From Bdellovibrionales bacterium (GTDB taxonomy: Bacteria > Bdellovibrionota > Bdellovibrionia > Bdellovibrionales > UBA1609): a DNA stretch of 64,000 bases. This document shows, one piece after another, positions 26,916 through 37,698 of the stretch (its first letter is position 1; each line of letters opens with the position of its first letter). The stretch covers positions 32,001 to 96,000 of the forward strand of contig DAHVQG010000008.1 in NCBI GenBank assembly GCA_027317865.1, in the 5' to 3' direction. The notes beneath the pieces are model-generated. The model worked only from the letters and a program-made list of their open reading frames with translations, did no database searches and had not been told where the DNA came from. Position numbers and translations under genes: made by a program.

Positions 26916-28160
26916 ATGGCGCAGATAGATCAATTATTTAAAATTATGGTCGCCCAGAATGCCTCGGACTTGCATCTGAGTTCAGGCTCGCCGCCTTTTT
27001 TACGCCTTCACGGTGAAATGGTAAAACTTGATCACCCCGCACTCACCAACGAAGCCGTACAAGCGCTCGTCTTCGAAATTCTGACTGAAAAACAACGCCG
27101 CCTCTTTGTCGAGAACTGGGAGCTTGATTGCTCTTACGCGGTTCAAAATCTTGGTCGTTTTCGCTGTAACGTGTTTATGCAGCGCCGTGGAATGGGCGGC
27201 GTATTTCGCGTCATCCCAGAAAAAATAAAAACGATTCAGGAGCTCGGCCTGCCCGATATTTTAAACCGGCTTGTGCAATTCCCGCGGGGATTGATTTTGG
27301 TCACAGGTCCAACCGGCTCTGGCAAATCGACGACTTTAGCGGCCATGCTTCACACTATTAATGTGGCAGAACGCCAACACATTTTGACTATTGAAGACCC
27401 GATCGAATTTGTGCATGAAAATCGACAGTCGCTTTTTAACCAGCGCGAAGTGAGCTCGCACACCAAATCCTTTGCGAATGCATTACGGGCCGCGCTGCGC
27501 GAAGACCCCGACACGATTCTTGTGGGCGAGATGCGCGACCTTGAAACAATTGCCCTTGCCATCACGGCAGCTGAAACTGGTCACTTGGTTTTTGGCACAC
27601 TTCACACCAACTCGGCTGCTAAAACGGTCGACCGAGTCATTGATGCCTTTCCGGAGGCACAGCAAGCGCAAATTCGCGTCATGCTGTCGGAGTCTCTTCG
27701 TGCCGTAGTGGCTCAGACGCTTTTCCCCCGAGCGGATCAGCCCGGTCGTGTTGCCGCAATAGAAATACTGATCAATACCTTTGCCGTAGCAAACCTCATT
27801 CGGGAGGGTAAAACTTTTCAAATCCCCTCGATCATGCAGACAAGCGTCAGCGACGGGATGATGAGTTTTGAAATGCACCTTAAAAAACTAGTGGCCGAAG
27901 GCAAAGTGTCAAAAGAAAATGCCGACAATTTTCTCGGCAAAGCAAAGGACAACACCTCTCCGTTGGCAACTAGCGAACCGCAGAAGCCATCGGCCCCTCC
28001 GACGCGACCTTCAGCCGCACCCACAAAAGCCCCGCCTATTGCCCAACAACAAAACGCAACGGGCAGCGGTATTGTTATACATTCCGTCGAAGATTCAAAG
28101 CCCGCCACCTCAAGCGGCCTCAAAGGATTTGTTTTTGGTGGCGGCAAAAAGGTCGGCTAA
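26916..28160 (+). CDS. pilT: Type IV pilus retraction ATPase PilT with Pro-rich C-terminal tail
   Basis: ASDLHL, GPTGSGKSTT, TIEDPIE, LREDPD.ILVGEMRD, AETGHLVFGTLHT, AVANLIRE. Confidence 0.93.
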   Translation: MAQIDQLFKIMVAQNASDLHLSSGSPPFLRLHGEMVKLDHPALTNEAVQALVFEILTEKQRRLFVENWELDCSYAVQNLGRFRCNVFMQRRGMGGVFRVIPEKIKTIQELGLPDILNRLVQFPRGLILVTGPTGSGKSTTLAAMLHTINVAERQHILTIEDPIEFVHENRQSLFNQREVSSHTKSFANALRAALREDPDTILVGEMRDLETIALAITAAETGHLVFGTLHTNSAAKTVDRVIDAFPEAQQAQIRVMLSESLRAVVAQTLFPRADQPGRVAAIEILINTFAVANLIREGKTFQIPSIMQTSVSDGMMSFEMHLKKLVAEGKVSKENADNFLGKAKDNTSPLATSEPQKPSAPPTRPSAAPTKAPPIAQQQNATGSGIVIHSVEDSKPATSSGLKGFVFGGGKKVG

Positions 28161-28624
28161 TTAAATGTCCAACCGTATGAAAAAAGCGGTAATTCGACCG
28201 AATTAGATTCGAGTTGTGCACGCGACTTGGCCATCGACACATCTCCGTTAAATGGCACGGATTGATACCACAAGTCCCCTGTGCTAGCCGAATTTGTGTC
28301 AAACGTTTCATACGGTCGCGTTGCCGCCTTGTAGCTCGTGTAGATAGTCCCTGAAATGATCCCCACGGCAAATCCAAGCGCGATATTTGAAAGGTGATCT
28401 TGCGGCCGCCCATAAAAGCTCAGCGTGCTAAGCCCCAATATCCCCCCGGCCAATCCAGAAAAAATAATGATGGCAATTTGTTTTCGCGTTCCACTTAAGC
28501 CAGACGCTTGGCCGTCCGCCGAGGCGGACCCGTTTGCATCTTGGGCAAATACAACTTTTGAATGAAAAAGAGTGAGAATAAAAAGGGCGCTTATTGCTAC
28601 TGTTATAAATTTTCGATGCGACAT
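28157..28624 (-). CDS. Hypothetical exported protein with glycine-zipper-like hydrophobic hairpin
   Basis: Signal peptide (VFA-Q), [10 protein letters not shown]...[11 protein letters not shown], aromatic C-terminus SYGWTFN. Confidence 0.7.
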   Translation of the reverse strand: MSHRKFITVAISALFILTLFHSKVVFAQDANGSASADGQASGLSGTRKQIAIIIFSGLAGGILGLSTLSFYGRPQDHLSNIALGFAVGIISGTIYTSYKAATRPYETFDTNSASTGDLWYQSVPFNGDVSMAKSRAQLESNSVELPLFSYGWTFN

Positions 28625-28911
28625 GGCTCCTCACCGCTTTCTACAATTTGAAAATCATTAACGTTATCTTGCAAGCCGATTTTACGGTTCATCAATTTTT
28701 CAACGCGGCCCCGCTGGGGCCCCCGCCGTAAGTGTTCAACCATTTGATCAAGCGCCATTGATTCGCCCTGTATAAACGCCTCAACCCGCCCGTCAGCCAA
28801 GTTTCTTACCCACCCGGTAAGTTTTAATTTTTCAGCACTCGTTTTGGTAAAAAAGCGAAAGCCTACCCCTTGAACGAGCCCTTCGATGATTATATGTTGC
28901 GCTTCGAGCAT
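28603..28911 (-). CDS. acyP: Acylphosphatase
   Basis: [23 protein letters not shown]. Confidence 0.95.
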   Translation of the reverse strand: MLEAQHIIIEGLVQGVGFRFFTKTSAEKLKLTGWVRNLADGRVEAFIQGESMALDQMVEHLRRGPQRGRVEKLMNRKIGLQDNVNDFQIVESGEEPCRIENL

Positions 28912-28917
28912 GTCTCG

Positions 28918-28946
28918 ATAATAGTTGGCTATACTTTTACCGTCAC
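28918..28946 (-). promoter_or_regulatory. Putative sigma70 promoter, 6 nt before the acyP ATG
   Basis: Minus strand GTGACG-N17-TATTAT-N6-ATG. Confidence 0.5.
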
Positions 28947-28982
28947 TTGCTAATTTTAGCGCGTAACCTTCAGGAATTGACT

Positions 28983-30320
28983 GTGTCCTTTATCCCAGCC
29001 GAGCTCATAAAAAAGAAGAAATCAGGTGGTCACCATAGCCGCGAAGAAGTCGCTTGGATCGTTCGCTCATTTACCAATGGGGATTTCAAAGATTATCAAA
29101 TGGCGGCGTGGGCGATGGCTGTGTGGTTTAACGGCATGAATGACGACGAAACGGCCGCTCTTACAGAGGCTATGTTTCGCTCGGGGGATCATTTTGACTT
29201 TTCGCACCTGCCTGCCGCGCGTGTCGACAAGCACAGTACGGGAGGGGTTGGCGACAAAACCTCGCTACTTATTGGGCCAATTCTTGCGGCGGCCGAAGTT
29301 TATACACCCATGATCTCAGGCCGAGGCCTCGGTCACACCGGGGGGACGCTCGATAAATATGAGTCGATTCCGGGCTTTCGCGTTAACTTGAGTCGGAAGG
29401 AATTTGAGTCCTACGTCACAGACCACTATTTTTCAGTTATGGGGCAAACTAAAGATATTTGCCCTGCCGACAAAAAACTCTATGCCCTTCGGGATGTCAC
29501 TTCAACTGTAGATTCCTTGCCGCTGATATGCGCCAGCATTATGTCAAAAAAACTCGCCGAAAGTTTAACGGGTCTTGTTCTTGATGTAAAATACGGCTCC
29601 GGCGCGCTCATGAAAACAATTTCGGAGGCGCGAAAACTCGCCCTACTGCTTAAGAGTACAGGAGAAAAAAACGGCATCCGAGTAACTGCCCTGATTACCA
29701 ATATGAATGAACCCCTGGGTCGGTTTATTGGTAACGCTGTTGAAGTTCAAGAGTGCTACGAAATTTTGCAAGGACGCTCCCACATCGTAAATGGCTATGA
29801 TTTTTACCAACCGACTCGCGACCTTTCGGTGGAGCTTTCGGCGCACGCCATTTTACTTGCAAAAAAGTCATCGGATATTGTGCACGCGCGAAATTTAGCA
29901 ACCGAGCTTCTTGTTTCGGGAGCTGCGTTGCGGTCATTTGAGAAGCTTCTTGAATATCAGGGTCCGGCTGAAATTCAAAAACTGCCAGTTGCGCAATTTA
30001 GCGCCGAAATCAAGGCCCGGCGATCTGGTTTTGTCACAAATATGCAAACGGAACAGATTGGTCTTGCCGGTATAGAACTCGGTTGTGGGCGAAAGTCGGC
30101 CACGGACCAAGTCGACCATTCTGCGGGAATCGAAATGTGCGTCCACCTTGGCGAAAAAATTAAAAGCGGCCAGACCCTGTGCCGATATTTTTCGAATTCG
30201 CAAAATTCACTTGTTTTCGCCGAAGCAATGCTTTCTCAGGCGATAGAAATTGGTGAGACTGGCTGCCCCAGACAATCTCTTGTTGCCGACACACTTGCTG
30301 ATTCGCGCTTAAGCCGCTAG
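28983..30320 (+). CDS. pdp: Thymidine/pyrimidine-nucleoside phosphorylase
   Basis: [52 protein letters not shown] 28983 after AGGA. Confidence 0.93.
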   Translation: MSFIPAELIKKKKSGGHHSREEVAWIVRSFTNGDFKDYQMAAWAMAVWFNGMNDDETAALTEAMFRSGDHFDFSHLPAARVDKHSTGGVGDKTSLLIGPILAAAEVYTPMISGRGLGHTGGTLDKYESIPGFRVNLSRKEFESYVTDHYFSVMGQTKDICPADKKLYALRDVTSTVDSLPLICASIMSKKLAESLTGLVLDVKYGSGALMKTISEARKLALLLKSTGEKNGIRVTALITNMNEPLGRFIGNAVEVQECYEILQGRSHIVNGYDFYQPTRDLSVELSAHAILLAKKSSDIVHARNLATELLVSGAALRSFEKLLEYQGPAEIQKLPVAQFSAEIKARRSGFVTNMQTEQIGLAGIELGCGRKSATDQVDHSAGIEMCVHLGEKIKSGQTLCRYFSNSQNSLVFAEAMLSQAIEIGETGCPRQSLVADTLADSRLSR

Positions 30321-30324
30321 GCTT

Positions 30325-31149
30325 GTGGCCATGGTGCTTTTGCAACAACTGAAAGAATCAATCGATTATATTCGTAGGAACTCCAAATTGCGGCCGCGAG
30401 TTGGCCTCACTCTTGGTTCCGGGCTGTCCAATTTTATAAAGTCCGTGAGTGTTGAAGCGTCTATTTCTTACGGAGATATCCCCCATTTTGCTCCATCAAC
30501 CGTTGACGGACACCCCGGGAACTTGATTTTGGGACGAGTCGAAGAAACCCCGGTTGTGATTATGCAAGGGCGAATTCATTTTTACGAAGGTCACCCGATG
30601 GAACGCGTGGTTTACCCCACTCGTGTTATGGCTCAACTCGGAATTGAAAAACTCATTTTGACGAACGCCGCCGGCGGCCTTGATCCTCAAATGCACCCGG
30701 GGGATTTCATGCTCATTCGCGATCATATTAATCTCATGGGAACAAATCCGCTGATCGGCCCAAATATCGCAGAACTTGGGCTTCGATTTCCGGACATGTC
30801 CGAGGCTTACGATCGCGAAATGCTTGAGCGCCTTCAGTCCATTCTGTCACGACGTGGCGTTCGCCACACCACCGGTATTTACTGTGGCGTTAGCGGACCC
30901 ACTTACGAAACTCCGGCCGAAGTTCGATTCCTGCAAAACGTGGGTGGACAAGCAGTGGGAATGTCGACTGTCCCCGAGACCATTGCCGCTAAACACATGG
31001 GTCTACGCGTTTGCGGCATCAGCTGCATAACAAATCTTGCAGCCGGACTGTCGAAACAAAAAATCACGCATGAAGAAGTGAAAGAAATTGGCCGACAGGT
31101 TGAACAAAATTTTGCCGAATTTCTCGTGGAATTTATTGCTGACCTTTAA
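30325..31149 (+). CDS. punA: Purine-nucleoside phosphorylase (trimeric PNP type)
   Basis: LGSGL, GH.G, QGRIHFYEG, TNAAGG, GPTYETPAE, VGMSTVPE, ITNLAAG. Confidence 0.93.
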   Translation: MAMVLLQQLKESIDYIRRNSKLRPRVGLTLGSGLSNFIKSVSVEASISYGDIPHFAPSTVDGHPGNLILGRVEETPVVIMQGRIHFYEGHPMERVVYPTRVMAQLGIEKLILTNAAGGLDPQMHPGDFMLIRDHINLMGTNPLIGPNIAELGLRFPDMSEAYDREMLERLQSILSRRGVRHTTGIYCGVSGPTYETPAEVRFLQNVGGQAVGMSTVPETIAAKHMGLRVCGISCITNLAAGLSKQKITHEEVKEIGRQVEQNFAEFLVEFIADL

Positions 31150-31654
31150 TTTCATTTTCTGCGTCAAAGGTTCTTGTGCGGCCTGGTGCACTGTGCTTTT
31201 GATCGATAATTAAACACCGCTCACTAACTTCTCCCATCACCGGTCGAAACTCAGGATCAAAAAGCTCGGGCCAGATCGCGGCTCCAATCATCAATTGATC
31301 AGAAAACGGCATGCTACAAAACCCACATTGAACATAACAAGTTGCGTGCGACGCGAATGCAATTTTTTGCGCGTTTTTGCACGTTAAGTCCGACCGATGC
31401 AATGCCTTAATCAAACAGGGTCGTATGCAGTTCAAAACGCCTTGCCCGGCACGAGTAAAATAGGGCTTCAGCGCCTGAAATTCACGGCAATAGTGCCCGC
31501 CAAAGCGAGTTAGATAATTACTTGCCGAACAATGAAGTTTGCTCGATTGACGGGCGTAAAAGCCGCAATCCGAATTTAATGTTGCAGCAGAAACTACAGA
31601 ACCGGTTAAAACCAGGACACTTGACACAAGTAGTAGCCGATGAATCATCCCCAC
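31133..31654 (-). CDS. Secreted Cys-rich stanniocalcin-like domain protein
   Basis: Signal peptide then C.FY......C....Y...FG..YC..F......F...G......R.CL...L.....C......AF.SH..CY..CGFC pattern. Confidence 0.7.
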   Translation of the reverse strand: MGMIHRLLLVSSVLVLTGSVVSAATLNSDCGFYARQSSKLHCSASNYLTRFGGHYCREFQALKPYFTRAGQGVLNCIRPCLIKALHRSDLTCKNAQKIAFASHATCYVQCGFCSMPFSDQLMIGAAIWPELFDPEFRPVMGEVSERCLIIDQKHSAPGRTRTFDAENEIKGQQ

Positions 31655-31670
31655 TTTAAATTCCCCCCAA

Positions 31671-31711
31671 AAACCGTTAGCGGTTTAACTACGCCGGCGC
31701 CATCGAGTCAA
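31671..31711 (-). promoter_or_regulatory. Putative promoter for the stanniocalcin-like gene with an overlapping 6-bp inverted repeat
   Basis: Minus strand TTGACT-N18-TAAACC; AAACCG-TTAG-CGGTTT at 31671-31686. Confidence 0.35.
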
Positions 31712-31847
31712 TGTGCTGAAAAAATTTCTTTCTCGCCAATGGTCCAGATATCCGGGGCCTTAAGAATTTCAAGAGCTTAGACGACTTACAGAAAAATTCT
31801 CTAACCTTGCCCACGAGTTTTTCCGACTACTTGTTGTAGGGCTCCGC

Positions 31848-33203
31848 ATGGATTGCGGCGCTACCGTGAAAAAGGGGACAAGGATGGGTAACCCAGGTCG
31901 CTTAAAACAATTTCAATTTTTATTTTTTTACTCAGACGAGCTTGCGGCTGTTAAGAACCGCTTGCGCGCATTTGCGCTTGTACTTTTGTGTGCGCCCTTA
32001 TTGGCTGCCTGCTCGAATGCCCCCAAGCTTCACACTCTTGAGTTAGATGCCGCCCAAACTTGCAATGGCCAGGCTATCAAAAATCAATTTATTGTGCGTT
32101 TTTTAAATGGGAAGTGGGCATATATAAAAGCCAAGAGTCGCGCTCAGTTTATAAAAAAGTATATAAAACCAAATTTATCTAAAATCGATTTCGTCGAGCC
32201 CGATGAACATATCGCCGCCTATCAAGAGGCTTTCTCGGCGCCGACCGGTTCGGAAATAAACAATTGGGGGGATGCGGCGATCAATGCTCAAGCCGCTTGG
32301 CAGGCTGGCGATCGCGGCCAAGGTATTGTGGTCGCCGTTGTTGATTCGGGGGTTGACATTACTCATCCGCAACTAAAAAACCAAATCGATTACAACCCCG
32401 GCGAAATGGGGCTGGATGCTTACGGGCGCGACAAACGATTTAATCAAATTGACGACGACGGCAACGGTTACGTTGACGACTGGGCGGGATATAACTTTTT
32501 AGACAATAACGGTGACATGTACGATGATGTTGGCCACGGCACTCACGTTTCTGGAATAATCGCCGCTGAGCACAGCGATACGACAATTCAAACTGGATAT
32601 GTCCAAGGCGTTGCGCCAGAAGCAAAAATCTTGCCGGTCAAATTTATTGGCGCAAATGGTGGGACATTAAGCGACGCTCTCAAAAGCATCGATTACGCGG
32701 TCGCCCGCGGCGCAAAAATAATTAATGCCAGTTGGGGTGGCCCCGGTTGTTCGCAATCACTTCAGCAAAAGATTGAAGATTTATCTAAAGAAAATATATT
32801 GTTTGTCGCGGCAGCCGGTAACAGTGGCGAAAATCTCGATTTGTATCCGGAATATCCCGCCGCTTTTTCGGCGCCATTACAGTTGACCGTGGGCGCGATC
32901 GCCAACACCTTTCTACAAGATAGCTATTCTAACTATAGCTCCCACCTTGTCGACTTGTTCGCCCCGGGGACCGCCATTGTGAGTACTGTACCGCCCAATC
33001 TCTTTCCGGGTGGGTATGCTTCGTTTACGGGAACAAGCATGGCTACGCCCTTTGTCTCCGGCGCCGCGGCTGATCTTCTTTCGGCTGGCATTTCTGTGCA
33101 AAAAGTACGGCAATTGATTTTACAGTCAGTGGATCAAAATCCAACCTACACAAATGTCACACAGGGCCGACTCGATCTCGGGAAGGCAATTGCTGAACTG
33201 TGA
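31848..33203 (+). CDS. S8 family (subtilisin-like) serine protease, probable lipoprotein; start may be 31884
   Basis: Catalytic triad VVDSG / HGTHVSG / GTSMATP, AAAGN, DDDGNGYVDD Ca loop, lipobox LAA-C. Confidence 0.93.
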   Translation: MDCGATVKKGTRMGNPGRLKQFQFLFFYSDELAAVKNRLRAFALVLLCAPLLAACSNAPKLHTLELDAAQTCNGQAIKNQFIVRFLNGKWAYIKAKSRAQFIKKYIKPNLSKIDFVEPDEHIAAYQEAFSAPTGSEINNWGDAAINAQAAWQAGDRGQGIVVAVVDSGVDITHPQLKNQIDYNPGEMGLDAYGRDKRFNQIDDDGNGYVDDWAGYNFLDNNGDMYDDVGHGTHVSGIIAAEHSDTTIQTGYVQGVAPEAKILPVKFIGANGGTLSDALKSIDYAVARGAKIINASWGGPGCSQSLQQKIEDLSKENILFVAAAGNSGENLDLYPEYPAAFSAPLQLTVGAIANTFLQDSYSNYSSHLVDLFAPGTAIVSTVPPNLFPGGYASFTGTSMATPFVSGAAADLLSAGISVQKVRQLILQSVDQNPTYTNVTQGRLDLGKAIAEL

Positions 33204-33212
33204 TCATCGTTA

Positions 33213-33259
33213 GTTAACGCGCTTTGACAGGTAAAACTCTAGCCCGCGTTAACCTTTTC
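33213..33259 (+). terminator. 9-bp inverted repeat after the protease gene; possible terminator or operator
   Basis: GTTAACGCG (33213-21) / CGCGTTAAC (33245-53) followed by CTTTT; the loop contains TTGACA. Confidence 0.4.
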
Positions 33260-33278
33260 AGTTAATTTTTTAAACCTT

Positions 33279-34568
33279 ATGAAATTGTGGATTTCCGACC
33301 TAAAAAATTACGTCGGCCAAACCATTGAATTAAAGGGCTGGGCTTATCATCATCGCTCTTCGGGCAAAATTAAGTTTCTGGTGCTTCGCGATGGCACTGG
33401 CTACTGTCAGTGCGTGTTTGCTAAAGGCGCCTGTGACGATGAAAGCTTTAACGGCTTTGAGCAAATTACTCAAGAGTCTACGGTTTCGGTTTCGGGCGCT
33501 GTCAGGGCCGAACCGCGGAGCCCCGGCGGGTATGAAGTCACGGCCCAATCTTTTAAAATTCTAAGCCGCGCTGAACCCTACCCCATTACGCCAAAGGAGC
33601 ACGGCCCCGATTTTCTCATGAGCCACCGGCACCTTTGGATTCGCTCCAAAATGCAACATGCAATTCTTCGTGTACGCGCCGAAATTATAACCGCCATTCG
33701 CGATTTTTTTAATGGCCGTGGCTTTACTCTTGCCGACTCTCCCATTTTCACTCCGTCGTCATGCGAAGGCACAACAACGCTTTTTCAAACGAATTATTTT
33801 GATGAAAAAGCCTATCTTTCTCAAAGCGGGCAGCTCTACGCCGAGGCCACCTGCGCCGCTCTTGGCAAAGTTTATTGTTTCGGCCCAACTTTTCGAGCCG
33901 AAAAATCAAAAACTAGGCGCCACCTTATTGAATTTTGGATGGTTGAGCCAGAAGTTGCCTTTAATGATCTCAACGACAACATGGAACTTGCGGAGCAATT
34001 CGTAGAATATATTGTCCAGCGGACGATTACCAATCGCGCCGAAGAATTAAAAGCGCTCGAGCGTGACACGTCGATTTTGGCAAAAGTTCGTGCGCCGTTC
34101 CCTCGCGTACATTATGACGAAGCGGCTGCGATGATTAAAAATGAAAATCCACAATTTGAAATCGGCAATGATTTCGGCGCGCCGGACGAGGCTATAGTTT
34201 CTGGCAAGTTTGAAAAGCCGGTATTTGTTCATCACTTCCCGACCGCGGTTAAAGCGTTTTACATGAAACAAGACGAAAAAAATCCGGAGCGGTGTTTGAG
34301 TTGTGATTTGCTAGCCCCTGAAGGATATGGCGAAATTATCGGCGGCGGACAACGCGAAGATAGCCTGGAGCTTCTTCTAAAGCGAATCGATGAACATCAC
34401 CTAAATCGTGCCGATTTTGAATGGTTTTTAGATCTTCGCCGTTACGGCAGTTTTACACATTCAGGTTTTGGTCTTGGTATTGAGCGAACCGTCGCGTGGA
34501 TTTGTGGTATTCAGCACGTCCGAGAAACAATCCCGTTCCCGCGACTTTATGGGAGAAATTATCCGTGA
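33279..34568 (+). CDS. asnS: Asparagine--tRNA ligase
   Basis: OB fold (LRDGTG), [48 protein letters not shown]. Confidence 0.95.
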   Translation: MKLWISDLKNYVGQTIELKGWAYHHRSSGKIKFLVLRDGTGYCQCVFAKGACDDESFNGFEQITQESTVSVSGAVRAEPRSPGGYEVTAQSFKILSRAEPYPITPKEHGPDFLMSHRHLWIRSKMQHAILRVRAEIITAIRDFFNGRGFTLADSPIFTPSSCEGTTTLFQTNYFDEKAYLSQSGQLYAEATCAALGKVYCFGPTFRAEKSKTRRHLIEFWMVEPEVAFNDLNDNMELAEQFVEYIVQRTITNRAEELKALERDTSILAKVRAPFPRVHYDEAAAMIKNENPQFEIGNDFGAPDEAIVSGKFEKPVFVHHFPTAVKAFYMKQDEKNPERCLSCDLLAPEGYGEIIGGGQREDSLELLLKRIDEHHLNRADFEWFLDLRRYGSFTHSGFGLGIERTVAWICGIQHVRETIPFPRLYGRNYP

Positions 34569-36136
34569 GCATGGAGACTGAACATTCGTCACCGGAATTT
34601 AAACTTCGCGAACTTGAACGCCGAAACAACGAAGCCTTTCAGGGTGGTGGAGTCGAGCGCGTTGAAAAACAAAAATCAGGGGGCAGGCTGACCGCACGCG
34701 AGCGCCTGGATGTGCTTCTTGACCCCGGAAGTTTTGTTGAAGTTGATCGGTTCGTTACCCATCGGTCGAAAAATTTTGGCCTTGCCGATAAGGTGATCCC
34801 GGGCGACGGGGTTATAACAGGTTACGGCCGAATCAATGGCAAACTCGTCTATGTTTATAGCCAAGATTTTACTGTTTTTGGCGGCAGCATGTCGCGCACA
34901 CAGGCCAATAAAATTTGTAAAATTATGGATCTTGCCGTTAAAAACGGAGCACCCATTATTGGTCTAAATGACTCGGGCGGCGCTCGCATTCAAGAAGGTG
35001 TTGAGTCGCTCGGCGGCTATGCCGACATTTTTTTAAGAAACGTCACTACGAGCGGGGTCGTCCCGCAAATTAGCGCCATCATGGGCCCATGCGCAGGCGG
35101 CGCAGTCTACTCTCCGAGCCTCACCGATTTTATTTTTATGGTGAAAAACACAAGCTACATGTTTGTAACCGGGCCCGACGTCATAAAAACCGTTACTCAT
35201 GAAGACGTAACCAAAGAAGATTTGGGCGGGGCGCTCACCCACAATACAAAATCGGGTGTCGCGCACTTCGCCACCGACGATGATCGGCATTGTCTTCTTA
35301 TGATCCGCGAACTTCTTAATTTTTTGCCCGGCAATAATCTCGATGACCCGCCAATTTTACCGACGCGCGATAAGCCGGACCGAATCGAAGAATCGTTAAA
35401 CACATTTATTCCCAACAACCCCAAAAAACCGTACGATATGCTTGAGCTTATCGGTAAAATTGTCGACGAGGGTTACTTTCTTGAAGTGCAAAAGCATTTT
35501 GCAAAAAATATCGTCGTTGGTTTCGCACGTTTTAACGGTCGACCGGTTGGTATAATCGCCAATCAGCCTGCCGTGCTTGCCGGGTGCCTCAACATTTCGG
35601 CCTCGATAAAAGGCGCGCGCTTCATTCGATTTTGTGACGCATTTAATATTCCTCTTATCACGCTTGAAGATGTGCCCGGATTTTTGCCGGGAACCGATCA
35701 AGAGTGGAACGGCATCATCACTCACGGCGCAAAACTTCTTTATGCGTATGCTGAAGCGACGGTGCCGAAAATCACAATTGTCACTCGAAAGGCTTATGGC
35801 GGAGCATATTGCGTGATGTCTTCAAAACACATTCGCGGCGATGTGAATTTAGCTTACCCGTCGTCTGAAATTGCCGTCATGGGCGCAGAAGGGGCCGTTA
35901 ACATTATTTTTAGAAACGAGATTAAAAAATCAAAAACCCCCGAGGCCGAACGACAACGATTGATCAAAGAATATGAAGAACAGTTTAACAATCCGTATGT
36001 GGCGGCTGAAATTGGCTATATTGACGAAGTGATCGAGCCTGCATTTACCAGAAAGCGCATTATTGAAGCGCTTGAAATGTTAAAGAACAAGCGCGATTTA
36101 AACCCGCCCAAAAAACACGGCAATATTCCGCTATAA
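34565..36136 (+). CDS. pccB: Propionyl-CoA (acyl-CoA) carboxylase carboxyltransferase beta subunit
   Basis: [55 protein letters not shown] overlaps the asnS stop after GGGAGA. Confidence 0.93.
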   Translation: MSMETEHSSPEFKLRELERRNNEAFQGGGVERVEKQKSGGRLTARERLDVLLDPGSFVEVDRFVTHRSKNFGLADKVIPGDGVITGYGRINGKLVYVYSQDFTVFGGSMSRTQANKICKIMDLAVKNGAPIIGLNDSGGARIQEGVESLGGYADIFLRNVTTSGVVPQISAIMGPCAGGAVYSPSLTDFIFMVKNTSYMFVTGPDVIKTVTHEDVTKEDLGGALTHNTKSGVAHFATDDDRHCLLMIRELLNFLPGNNLDDPPILPTRDKPDRIEESLNTFIPNNPKKPYDMLELIGKIVDEGYFLEVQKHFAKNIVVGFARFNGRPVGIIANQPAVLAGCLNISASIKGARFIRFCDAFNIPLITLEDVPGFLPGTDQEWNGIITHGAKLLYAYAEATVPKITIVTRKAYGGAYCVMSSKHIRGDVNLAYPSSEIAVMGAEGAVNIIFRNEIKKSKTPEAERQRLIKEYEEQFNNPYVAAEIGYIDEVIEPAFTRKRIIEALEMLKNKRDLNPPKKHGNIPL

Positions 36137-36163
36137 AACTACGCGGGCAAGAAGGCGATCCCA

Positions 36164-37672
36164 ATGGCAAGGCCAATGTTTAAAAAGATCCTGATCGCAA
36201 ATCGCGGCGAAATCGCGGTTCGAGTCATTCGCGCATGTCGAACGCTTGGCATCCAGTCGATCGCCGTATTTAGCGACGCCGACCGCAATAGTCTTCATGT
36301 CATGCTTGCCGACGAGGCCCACAACATTGGTCCCGCGCCAAGCCGCGAATCATATCTCAATATTGAGCGCATCATTGATGTAGCGAAAAAATCGGGCGCC
36401 GAAGCCGTTCACCCCGGCTATGGTTTTTTAAGTGAAATGCCCGCCTTTGCTGAAGCGCTCGCCCAAGCGGGAATTGTTTTTATCGGCCCAACGCCGAAAA
36501 ACATTCGCGATATGGGAGATAAAATCGCCTCACGCGAGCTTATGAAAAAAGCTGGCGTACCAATAGTGCCCGGCACGCCCGGCGCCATTCAATCCGTCGA
36601 AGAGGCGGAAAAATGGGCGCACGAAATTGGTTACCCAATCATTATCAAGGCCTCGGCTGGCGGTGGCGGCAAAGGAATCCGAGTCGTTTACGACAGAAAA
36701 GAGTTGCCGAGTGCGTTTCGTGCCTGCCAATCGGAGGGCAAAAATTATTTTGCCGACGAGCGCGTTTTTATCGAACGGTATATTCAAAACCCAAAACATA
36801 TAGAATTCCAAGTTTTTGGCGACTCCCATGGCAACGTTTGTCACTTGTTTGAGCGCGAATGTTCCGTACAGCGTCGACACCAAAAACTTATAGAAGAGTC
36901 CCCTTCTATATCGGTTCCACAAAAAGTTCGCGAAGAAATGGGCCGAGTTGCGGTTCGGGCGGCTACAAGTCTTAAATATCTTGGTGCCGGCACAATTGAA
37001 TTTATTTTTGATAATTCGACTAAAGAATTTTTCTTTATGGAAATGAATACCCGCCTTCAGGTCGAACACCCCGTTACGGAATTGGTGACCGGCATCGACC
37101 TAGTTCGGGAGCAAATTCATGTGGCTCTCGGTCACCCTCTTTCATTTAAGCAATCAGACGTTAAACAGTCGGGGCACGCCATAGAACTTCGGATATGCGC
37201 AGAAGACCCGATCACTTTTAAGCCGGCACCAGGTAAAATTCGCCGCTGTCGCAATCCGCAGGGGCCGTTTGTTCGTGTGGATGGCTATGCTTATCCCGGC
37301 TACGAAATCCCAATTTACTATGATCCCATGGTGGCAAAACTCATTGCGTGGGGGCACACTCGCAATGAGGCGATCGCTCGGCTTCAAAGCGCATTGGGCG
37401 AATACATGATTACCGGAGTTAAAAGCAATATCGTGCTGCACAAGAATATATTAGCGCATCCGACGTTTCTAGACGGCTCGTATACAACACAATTTATCGA
37501 TCGCGACATTGCGGGTAAACACCAAAAGCTTTTTATGTTTGTTGATGATAACGTCTTTTTGATCACCGCCGCGCTTGAGGCCTACCAACGCGCAAAAGGC
37601 CGGGACGTTTCACAATACAATATTGCCAGCCGCTGGAAGGCGTTCGGCCGCAAACAGCAAATGCGGTCCTAA
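36164..37672 (+). CDS. accC: Biotin carboxylase subunit of acyl-CoA carboxylase
   Basis: KILIANRGEIA, HPGYGFLSE, GGGGKG, ERECSVQRRHQK, EMNTRLQVEH, YYDPM.AK. Confidence 0.93.
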   Translation: MARPMFKKILIANRGEIAVRVIRACRTLGIQSIAVFSDADRNSLHVMLADEAHNIGPAPSRESYLNIERIIDVAKKSGAEAVHPGYGFLSEMPAFAEALAQAGIVFIGPTPKNIRDMGDKIASRELMKKAGVPIVPGTPGAIQSVEEAEKWAHEIGYPIIIKASAGGGGKGIRVVYDRKELPSAFRACQSEGKNYFADERVFIERYIQNPKHIEFQVFGDSHGNVCHLFERECSVQRRHQKLIEESPSISVPQKVREEMGRVAVRAATSLKYLGAGTIEFIFDNSTKEFFFMEMNTRLQVEHPVTELVTGIDLVREQIHVALGHPLSFKQSDVKQSGHAIELRICAEDPITFKPAPGKIRRCRNPQGPFVRVDGYAYPGYEIPIYYDPMVAKLIAWGHTRNEAIARLQSALGEYMITGVKSNIVLHKNILAHPTFLDGSYTTQFIDRDIAGKHQKLFMFVDDNVFLITAALEAYQRAKGRDVSQYNIASRWKAFGRKQQMRS

Positions 37673-37698
37673 CCATGAAGCATTTGGAGCAATTATAG

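Noticed and set aside
31160..31195. tRNA-like remnant suggested by the peptide APGRTRTFD
   Set aside because: The DNA lacks a GTTCRANYC T-arm and cannot be folded into a cloverleaf by eye
33204..33278. T-box riboswitch upstream of asnS
   Set aside because: The gap is only 75 bp and has no T-box consensus
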